A DNA stretch of 64,000 bases. Source: a virus. The stretch is taken from positions 73,166 to 137,165 of IMG/VR virus record IMGVR_UViG_3300032315_000774. The stretch is one strand, 5' to 3'. Made by a program: the position numbers and the translations under genes. Shown piece after piece: positions 57,113-64,000 of the stretch. Under the pieces are notes generated by a model. The model saw only the letters and a list, made by a program, of their open reading frames with translations. It was not told the DNA's origin and did not search any database. Within the stretch, counting starts at the first letter, position 1. Each line of letters begins with the position of its first letter.

Positions 57113-57967
57113 CTACGGTTCGAATCCTGCCATCTGAATGATCTCCTTCAGAGGCTTCTTCTTGCAGGCTTCGAACTCCTCTTCGTCGAGCCCCCTGAGC
57201 TTCACATCCCAGTCAGGATCGGCGAAAACTTGCCACTGTCTTTCGACAGTCTCGGTGGTCTTCACTCCGTCTTCGGCGACCGTCTTCTCACGAACGATTC
57301 TCCGAAGCAAGATTCCGTCGCACATCTTGTTGATGCTCTTCGCAACCTGCTGAGACAGAAACGCTGCACCGCCGCGCTTCTTCTCCTCGGGTTCCTGTTC
57401 GTGCGTGATGAACACGAGGTTCGCACCGTACACGCGAACCTGCATCAGCTGCGTGAGGATCGTGACCATCCAGTCGTGCGTGAGTGTGTACACGCGTCGC
57501 AGGTCGACGTTGTTCGCGCGCGTGGTGCCTGCGCCACCGTCACGCAGCGCGGCGAATGCCCACGTCAAAGCCTGCGCAGCCTCGTCGACGATGACGTTCT
57601 TGTACGTCAGCGGCTGCTTGGCTGCGTGCTCTGCGGCGCACTTCTTGAGCACGTTGAACGCAGCATCCTCGAACTGCGCTCTGTAGTCCTTCACGATGGC
57701 GGCGCCATCCGGCGTGAACTCACGCGTCGAGCTGAGCACGTTGCCTTGCTGATCGATGATGTCGATCCCGAAAGGCGTCACCAGAAGCTCACGCTTGGTG
57801 AAGACGGTGGTCTTTCCGCGCACGAATCGCTGGCGCGGATAGCGGAGCACGTTCGGGTCGGTCGAGATCGTGATCGCGTCACGACCGAACGCGTTCTGCG
57901 CTTCGGTGCTCTTGCCTGCGCCCACAGGACCAGCGAGCACGAAGAAGCCTTTGTTGAGCTGCTGCAT
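57113..57967 (-). CDS. AAA_24/Sak4-like NTPase
   Basis: 'AGPVGAGKST', 'VIVDE', 'LVFITHE'. GGAGG RBS before the ATG at 57967. Confidence 0.75.
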   Translation of the reverse strand: MQQLNKGFFVLAGPVGAGKSTEAQNAFGRDAITISTDPNVLRYPRQRFVRGKTTVFTKRELLVTPFGIDIIDQQGNVLSSTREFTPDGAAIVKDYRAQFEDAAFNVLKKCAAEHAAKQPLTYKNVIVDEAAQALTWAFAALRDGGAGTTRANNVDLRRVYTLTHDWMVTILTQLMQVRVYGANLVFITHEQEPEEKKRGGAAFLSQQVAKSINKMCDGILLRRIVREKTVAEDGVKTTETVERQWQVFADPDWDVKLRGLDEEEFEACKKKPLKEIIQMAGFEP

Positions 57968-57968
57968 G

Positions 57969-58937
57969 TTACCTCCGCGCCTCGTATAGCTTAGCTTCAG
58001 CTTCACCACCAGACGCACAGTGCTCGCGGAAGTCGCAAGGCCACCGGCGTCCGAAGCACGCACTCCAGTTCTGTGGCGTCGGCAGACCTGTCAGGACTAG
58101 CGTCATCAGGCGCAGCTCGTCGGCCACACATTCGCGCATGAACGCTGTGAAGTTTCGGTACGCGATCGGCGAGACGTCGACGAGATTCGCCGCGAAGTCG
58201 ATCGGGTCTTCTCGCTTGATGCGTTCGATGATGAACCCTTCGATCTGCATACCGCTCGCGCGAACGACGTGCAGATTGTGCATGACTTGAGCATCGAGCC
58301 AGAACTCGCCACGTGGATTCCACGTCGGCAACCGCTTCGTGCGCCAGTCGCTGACACCACGCGTCTTGTAGTCGTGAATGTATGTCTTGCCTGATACACG
58401 CTTGCGCATGATGAGGTCAGGCCGAGCCGTCACGACCTCTTCGTCGAAGTTCTCCAGACGATGCCTGAGCGACGCCACTTCTTCATCGCCTGTCGCAGGC
58501 AGCGACTTCAAAAGCGCTTCACACATCGCGTAGATCCACGACGGAGTCTCACCTGGGAGCTGAGCGAGCTTCACCGAGAACTCTTCTTCGACGTGCAGGA
58601 CGTCAGCTTCTTCTGAAGCCGTGAACTGCATGTAGATGTTCAAGATGCGCATGGTCAAGTCGACGTCAGCTTCGACGCCTTCACAGATGTCGAGCAGATG
58701 TCCGCGCAGGTCTTGGTCGTAGTACCAGTCGTACGGCGTGGCCATCTTCGACGCGCGATAGTACGCGAGCGCTGCGTGCACCATCGAGCCCATGCGGCGC
58801 TGCCGTCGTTCTTTGATCAGAGACAGGTTCTTGACGTAGCCGAGATACCACTCTCGACCACAGTGGTGTGCTGTCGTCAGACGATGCACGCCACGCTTGG
58901 ATGAGCCACCTGGACCTGCCATCGGGCCGACGGTCAT
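57969..58937 (-). CDS. PD-(D/E)XK Cas4/AddB-like exonuclease
   Basis: 'CGREWY', 'GSMVHAAL', 'EEEF', 'RPDL', 'DYKT', 'QVMHN', C-terminal 'C....C.F..HC' Fe-S-type cysteines. Confidence 0.8.
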   Translation of the reverse strand: MTVGPMAGPGGSSKRGVHRLTTAHHCGREWYLGYVKNLSLIKERRQRRMGSMVHAALAYYRASKMATPYDWYYDQDLRGHLLDICEGVEADVDLTMRILNIYMQFTASEEADVLHVEEEFSVKLAQLPGETPSWIYAMCEALLKSLPATGDEEVASLRHRLENFDEEVVTARPDLIMRKRVSGKTYIHDYKTRGVSDWRTKRLPTWNPRGEFWLDAQVMHNLHVVRASGMQIEGFIIERIKREDPIDFAANLVDVSPIAYRNFTAFMRECVADELRLMTLVLTGLPTPQNWSACFGRRWPCDFREHCASGGEAEAKLYEARR

Positions 58938-60886
58938 GGCGCATCCTCGTCGCTTTCGTCAAGCCGCAGCCCCGCTGCGTGACGTGCCAGCACGTCTTCC
59001 AGCACCTCTCGTTCGACCGACTGACCAAACGTACCCTGAAGCTCACTGGCAGTCTTTGTGTCTAGGAGAGACAGGCGTCCGAGTACGTGCCGGATGACTG
59101 TGTCATCGATCGTGCCGCGTGCTCGGTAGTAGTACGCCGTCATAGGTGTGGTCTGCGTTCGAATGCGGTCTTCAGCTTGAAGGTTCTCACCGGGAACGGT
59201 CGAGCTGTCGATCAGGTGGATCGTCTCGGCGCCTGCCAACGAGATGCCGACCTGCATGACGCCGATCGTCGACATGAAGATCCCTGCGCCTTTGTGCTCG
59301 CGGAACGAGGTCGCCATCTCGTCGCGCACCTTCTTCGAAGCGGGTCGATTCGCGAGCACGAGCCACGTCTCGACGTTCTTCGAAGACATGCGTGAACGAT
59401 ACGCTTTCGACGCGATGAGCTTCTTGATCTTCGCGCTCAGCAGCTCGATCGCTTCCGGTGCATACGTCAGCACGACGAGCTTCTGGCCTTCTGCGAGGTA
59501 CTGCATGAAGTGTTCGACCAGCACTTCGACCTTGGCCAGCGAGAGCAGACTCTGAGCACGCTTCAGGTTCTCGACGTTGTCGATCTTCGGCAGCTTTGCT
59601 GGCGAGATCTCGATGTCGACGACCTGACGCGTCTTCGGAGGCATGAACTTGAACAGCTCTTCGTTCGTACGCTGAATCAACCAGTGCTTCATGCGAGCGT
59701 TCAGCTCTTCACGATTCGACTCTCCAGTGGTCACCCAGCCGTGCTGGCCTTTGTGGCCTGCACAGTAGCGCAGCATGAACGCCTTCCCTGGTACATAGGC
59801 GTTGTCGCTGAACAGCCCTTTGCTCGCGACGTTCATCGGCCCCCACAAGTCGCGGACGTGCGCCCACATCGGCGTGCCGCTGATGGCGAACACGCGACGT
59901 GCTCGGGCGAAGACGCGCTTCAGCTGGTCACGGCGCGACAAGCCCGCACGCTCGACCGCCGTCGTCCACCCGCGCGCGCTGTGTGCTTCGTCGAAGGCTG
60001 CCACGTCCCACTCGATGTCGCCGAGACGTTCGCCCCATCCCTTCAGGTTCGCATCGACACCGAGCACGCGCCCGGCATGCTCGCGCATCGCGCCTTGGAG
60101 CAGCTCGTAGTTCACGACCACGAAGCGCGCACGATGCAACTGCGCGTCGAGTTCGCTGTAGCACGCAGGGCAAAGGAAGCGCGGCACACGCGCGACCATG
60201 TCGGGGTGCTTCGGGCACGTGTACGGACCCGTGACAAGCGTGTGCGGAACAGGACCCCGCTCGATGGCGGTCAGCTCTTCGACGTCGTAGAGCGTGTAGC
60301 CGTACGATTGGTGGTTGTCGGCGACACACGCTTGGCATTCGCTGTCGCCTACGACGCCTGTCGCTGCGCACGTCGTACAGTACAGACGCGCTTCGCGACC
60401 GCCGAGACCTGACAGGATCAGCGTCTTTTCTCGAAGATGACGAGCGATCTCGTGCGCCCAGTTCCACACCACGACGGAAGGCACGACGAGCAAGATGCGA
60501 CGTGCACCGACGAGCAACGCCGACGACAGGAACCCGAGCGTCTTACCGCTGCGCATCGGGTCGGCGATGTATCCGTACGCGCGCTGCGACGCCCACAATG
60601 CGAGCTGCTTCTGGTTCGGCCGAAGCACCTTATCGAGCCCGAGGTGCCGGTATTCGGTCTGGTCGATGTCGTAACCAGACGGCAGCTCAGGGATGGGCTG
60701 ACCGAGCTTCTGCGCGACCAGCTCCGCGATGTCCCAGGTGCAGCGCAGGCTGAAGCCGCGACCAGACTTCGCGTAGTGCGTGCCTGGGATGGCAAGGACT
60801 TCTTCGAGTTTCGCGGGCGTAAAGCCCGAGTCGCGAAACGCGACAGGGTACTCGCCGCGCTCGCCGAAGATCGGTGGCTTCGTCAC
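58934..60886 (-). CDS. SNF2-family helicase with inserted Cys-rich domain
   Basis: 'DPMRSGKT', 'VNYELL', 'DEAH', 'SGTP', 'GISL', 'QAEDRI'. Start uncertain; GTG at 60886 chosen. Confidence 0.82.
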   Translation of the reverse strand: MTKPPIFGERGEYPVAFRDSGFTPAKLEEVLAIPGTHYAKSGRGFSLRCTWDIAELVAQKLGQPIPELPSGYDIDQTEYRHLGLDKVLRPNQKQLALWASQRAYGYIADPMRSGKTLGFLSSALLVGARRILLVVPSVVVWNWAHEIARHLREKTLILSGLGGREARLYCTTCAATGVVGDSECQACVADNHQSYGYTLYDVEELTAIERGPVPHTLVTGPYTCPKHPDMVARVPRFLCPACYSELDAQLHRARFVVVNYELLQGAMREHAGRVLGVDANLKGWGERLGDIEWDVAAFDEAHSARGWTTAVERAGLSRRDQLKRVFARARRVFAISGTPMWAHVRDLWGPMNVASKGLFSDNAYVPGKAFMLRYCAGHKGQHGWVTTGESNREELNARMKHWLIQRTNEELFKFMPPKTRQVVDIEISPAKLPKIDNVENLKRAQSLLSLAKVEVLVEHFMQYLAEGQKLVVLTYAPEAIELLSAKIKKLIASKAYRSRMSSKNVETWLVLANRPASKKVRDEMATSFREHKGAGIFMSTIGVMQVGISLAGAETIHLIDSSTVPGENLQAEDRIRTQTTPMTAYYYRARGTIDDTVIRHVLGRLSLLDTKTASELQGTFGQSVEREVLEDVLARHAAGLRLDESDEDAP

Positions 60887-60937
60887 GCTGGGCACCGTCG
60901 CTTGCGTCGATGCACACGTCAAGGTACACGCCTCCTC

Positions 60938-63064
60938 GTGCTGTTTCGGATCACGTCGGTCGGCACCGACGACAACGGCTTGCTGGTCGTAGAAGGTCGG
61001 CGAGGCGCGCACGATGCTGTCACGTACTGCATCGACCCGGCCTCGCCTGTAGGCGAGACGTGGACGCGTGCGCTTGCTGTGCGCAGCGACTACGTGCTCA
61101 TCGACAGCGACGACCACCCGCCCAAGGTGTTGACACCGGCCTTCGATCTGGCAGTGCCACGCCGGCCGCAGCTACAGATCGCCGACATCACAGCGCCCTC
61201 TGTCGTCTGGCGACCGTATGACGGTGTCAAGATCGAGACGCTGAACGGAGAGACGTACCTCGTCGTGATCGCGAAGGGTGTCGTGTCTGCGAAGTTCCTT
61301 CGGTTCCGCGTGCCGGATAGACAGAATCACACGCCGCACGACTGGTGGTGCATCGAGGCGATCACGAACTTCGGAGCGCGTGCAGTCGCCGCCGCATGGA
61401 AAGACGGCGCCAACATCACTCTCGCCGATCTCGTTCACACAGTGCTGCCGCCGATCCTTGCGGGCTCGCGTGTTCCGTACGCGGACGGTGAGCCTGACCC
61501 CTTCCTGTGGCGTCGAGAGGTGGTCGCCAAGCGTGCCGTCGAGGCAGGTCAGATGCCGTACGTCATCGCCGATCGCCCAACAGCTTCGACGCGCGTAGGC
61601 GAGCTTCTGACGGACCTGATCCCCGACAAGATGTACGTGGTCGAAGCGGTGCCCGGTGAGCGTATGGGGGCTCCGGCGATCTTGAGCAAGGTTGCAGGCA
61701 AGACCGCGCTCGTGCGGTGGCTGCCTGAAGAACCGTCGACAGCGCGAACGTATCTCGATCAGCTGATTCACTTCACCGACGGCAAGAAACCGCCCAAATA
61801 CTCGTACCCCAGCGACTACCTGATCAACGACTTGTGTCGTCGGCCGTCGAAGAGCTGGCCTCTTTGCGAAGGTCTCGTGCGCACGCCTGTGCTTCGTGCA
61901 GACGGCACGATCTTGGACCGACCGGGCTATGACGCGTCCACCAAGCTGGTGTACGCGCCTTCGGTCGAGTTCCCGGTGATCCCGGAAGCACCGACAGCAG
62001 CAGACATCGAGCGTGCGCGGTCGATCGTGCGCACGCCGTTCGCCGAGTTCCCGTTCGTCGGACCTGGCGACCAAGCAGCGGCGCTGGCGTGCCTGTTCGA
62101 GCAGTTCCTTCGGCCCGCGATCAATGCCCCTCGGCCGCTCTACATCTTTGACGCACCTGCACGTGGGCAGGGCACGGGCAAGACGTTGGTGCCGAAGATC
62201 GCACAGACGATCCTGACGGGCGAAGACCCGATCGTGCACACGCTGAGCGACAACAGCGTCGAGGCAGAGAAGCAAGTGGTGAGCTACCTGCGGCAAGGGC
62301 TCCCGCTCATCATCCTCGACAACCTCACGGTGACAGTGCGGCACGTGGTGCTACAGCAGATCGCGACGACGACGCGTTATGTGGCGCGACTCCTCGGCGG
62401 CAACGAGAGCCCTGTGCTTGCACAGACGCCGACGTGGGCGCTGACGCTCAACGGTGCATCGACGAACCGCGACATGTCGCGGCGGACCGTGCTGTCAACA
62501 CAGGACGCAGGCACGAGCGAAGCGTGGCAGCGGCGCGACTTCGTCCTCGAAAACGTCGTCGAGTGGGCGCAAGCGAGGCGCACGCAGATCATCGCGGCGA
62601 TCTTGACGTTGGCGCGTGGATGGGCGCTCGCAGGACGTCCGAAGGACCCGCGCGTTCATCGTGGCACGTACGAGCAGTGGTGCCACGTCGTCGGCGGTGT
62701 CCTCTACTACGCAGGCATTCACGGGCTCGACCGTGCACTCGCGGCAGCCGAGGCACGAAGCGAAGAGCGGAGCGATGTCGAGACGCTTGCCATGCTCTGG
62801 TACTACGAAGGCGGCACACCGAAGACCGCGCTCGAACTCGCCGATCTTGGTCTGAAGAACGGACTGTTTCACGAAGCGCGTTCGCTCAAAGGTGCGGTGC
62901 TCGCGAAGCATGTGGCTCCTATGCTGTCAAGCGCCAGCTTGAAGAACGGCTGGAAGATCAAGCGCAGTGACAGACCCCACAACGGCTACCACCGCTTCAT
63001 GCTCGAAGTGCCGGACGAGACGCCAGCTTCGCTCCCGCCACTGCAGCTGCCACCCGAGCTGTAG
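60938..63064 (+). CDS. Primase-associated P-loop helicase / replication initiator
   Basis: 'TPVLRADGTILDRPGYD...FPF...RPLYIFDAP..GTGKT...LDN...RLLG...RR'. Possible Toprim-like 'LLVVEG' near the N-terminus. Start uncertain. Confidence 0.75.
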   Translation: MLFRITSVGTDDNGLLVVEGRRGAHDAVTYCIDPASPVGETWTRALAVRSDYVLIDSDDHPPKVLTPAFDLAVPRRPQLQIADITAPSVVWRPYDGVKIETLNGETYLVVIAKGVVSAKFLRFRVPDRQNHTPHDWWCIEAITNFGARAVAAAWKDGANITLADLVHTVLPPILAGSRVPYADGEPDPFLWRREVVAKRAVEAGQMPYVIADRPTASTRVGELLTDLIPDKMYVVEAVPGERMGAPAILSKVAGKTALVRWLPEEPSTARTYLDQLIHFTDGKKPPKYSYPSDYLINDLCRRPSKSWPLCEGLVRTPVLRADGTILDRPGYDASTKLVYAPSVEFPVIPEAPTAADIERARSIVRTPFAEFPFVGPGDQAAALACLFEQFLRPAINAPRPLYIFDAPARGQGTGKTLVPKIAQTILTGEDPIVHTLSDNSVEAEKQVVSYLRQGLPLIILDNLTVTVRHVVLQQIATTTRYVARLLGGNESPVLAQTPTWALTLNGASTNRDMSRRTVLSTQDAGTSEAWQRRDFVLENVVEWAQARRTQIIAAILTLARGWALAGRPKDPRVHRGTYEQWCHVVGGVLYYAGIHGLDRALAAAEARSEERSDVETLAMLWYYEGGTPKTALELADLGLKNGLFHEARSLKGAVLAKHVAPMLSSASLKNGWKIKRSDRPHNGYHRFMLEVPDETPASLPPLQLPPEL

Positions 63065-63095
63065 TTGGCATGCAAAGTGAAGTACAGCAGAGCGC

Positions 63096-63968
63096 ATGAC
63101 GACCCCAAAGTTCTACCCCGCGAAGTTCGCGGGGAACTGTGACAACTGCCACGAGCCGTACAAGGCAGGCGACCAGGTTTCTCGCGCGAACGTCGACGGC
63201 CGTTGGCAGACGTTGAAGTGCCCGGCGTGCGGCGGCGCCGCGCGCGCCGTCGAGGTCGTGATCCGCGTCGAGCGGATCAAGCACCTGAAGGACGACTTCG
63301 CGATCGTGGACGCGAAGCTCGAAGAGGCGCACGCAGACGCCCCGACTGCTCGGTTCGCGGTCAAGGGGACGTTCAATCCGTCCGTCGGCTCGGTGTTCGA
63401 AGCGCGTGGCGTCTTCGAACACAACCAGTGGGGTTGGACGCTCGTGGCCGCCGCCGTACGCGGGCGCTTCGAGGCGTCCGAAGAGGGCATCCTCGCGTTC
63501 CTGCAGCGGTTTCCGGGCATTGGGTTGGCGCGTGCGCGTACGATCGTGCGGCAGTTCGGTCCCGGCCTGGAGTCGGTGATGGAAGCGCTGTCGTCGCCGG
63601 ACCGTCTTCTGGAGGTCCGAGGCATCACCGAGGAGATGGCCGAGGCTATCGCGATCCAGTACGCGGCGCAGGGACCTGCGCGTGAGGCACTGCTGATGCT
63701 CGACGAGGCCAAGGTCTCTGAGCGAGCACAGGCGTGGCTCCTCGGGCAGTATGGCCCCTCGCTCGCGCAGATTCTGCAGGACGACCCCTACGTGCTGATG
63801 CAGGCGCCAGGCATCGGGTTCACGACGGCAGACCGCATCGCGCAGGCGAAGATGCACGTCGAGCGTCGTGACCCGCGTCGACTTGCCGCGCTCGTGACCA
63901 CGCTACTCCAGAAGGCAGCAGAGGAAGGTCACACGATCTCGACGCTCGATCAGCTCATGGCCCTCTAA
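63096..63968 (+). CDS. RecD2-like N-terminal region (Zn ribbon, OB, HhH) without helicase core
   Basis: 'FPGIGLARA..IV..FG', 'VRGIT', 'DPYVL..PGIGFTTADRIA', 'DPRR', 'EGHT', then a TAA stop. Confidence 0.8.
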   Translation: MTTPKFYPAKFAGNCDNCHEPYKAGDQVSRANVDGRWQTLKCPACGGAARAVEVVIRVERIKHLKDDFAIVDAKLEEAHADAPTARFAVKGTFNPSVGSVFEARGVFEHNQWGWTLVAAAVRGRFEASEEGILAFLQRFPGIGLARARTIVRQFGPGLESVMEALSSPDRLLEVRGITEEMAEAIAIQYAAQGPAREALLMLDEAKVSERAQAWLLGQYGPSLAQILQDDPYVLMQAPGIGFTTADRIAQAKMHVERRDPRRLAALVTTLLQKAAEEGHTISTLDQLMAL

Positions 63969-64000
63969 TCTTGGCACGCGAAGTGAAGAAGAGGAGCACA

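Noticed and set aside
57969-58937. Cas4-like gene as part of a CRISPR-Cas system
   Set aside because: No other cas genes or array. Its context is a standard phage recombination module.
60437-61117. Apparent 680-bp antisense overlap between the helicase and primase-helicase ORFs
   Set aside because: Both upstream extensions lack family motifs. Downstream GTG starts (60886 minus, 60938 plus) remove the overlap and give an ordinary divergent pair.

Overview
A 64 kb segment of a GC-rich tailed dsDNA phage genome with a contractile-tail (myovirus) gene set. I see no host genes, tRNAs or CRISPR arrays. On the minus strand, read right to left, it carries: a replication/recombination block (SNF2 helicase, Cas4-like nuclease, AAA ATPase, SSB-like protein, UDG-PolA fusion, Rad50-like ATPase); a block of large unknown proteins; TerL, portal, protease/scaffold, decoration and major capsid genes; lysis-like membrane genes; neck, sheath, two tube paralogues, chaperones with a likely -1 frameshift, tape measure, and baseplate/fibre genes. 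A primase-associated helicase and a RecD2 N-terminal fragment are on the plus strand at the right end. The most notable observations are: (1) head-module proteins built as segments separated by recurring basic-x-A(Q) motifs, suggesting protease-processed polyprotein cargo that includes enzyme domains; (2) an AT-rich array of 11 AGTGAG repeats in alternating orientation inside the structural operon, a probable origin; (3) a LAGLIDADG intein with an atypical Tyr-Asn end in a virion neck protein; (4) an identical 15-bp motif ahead of two late transcription units; (5) an RRXRR/PLMP-like domain just downstream of the capsid gene. All product calls come from motif reading and gene order by eye; no database searches were run.
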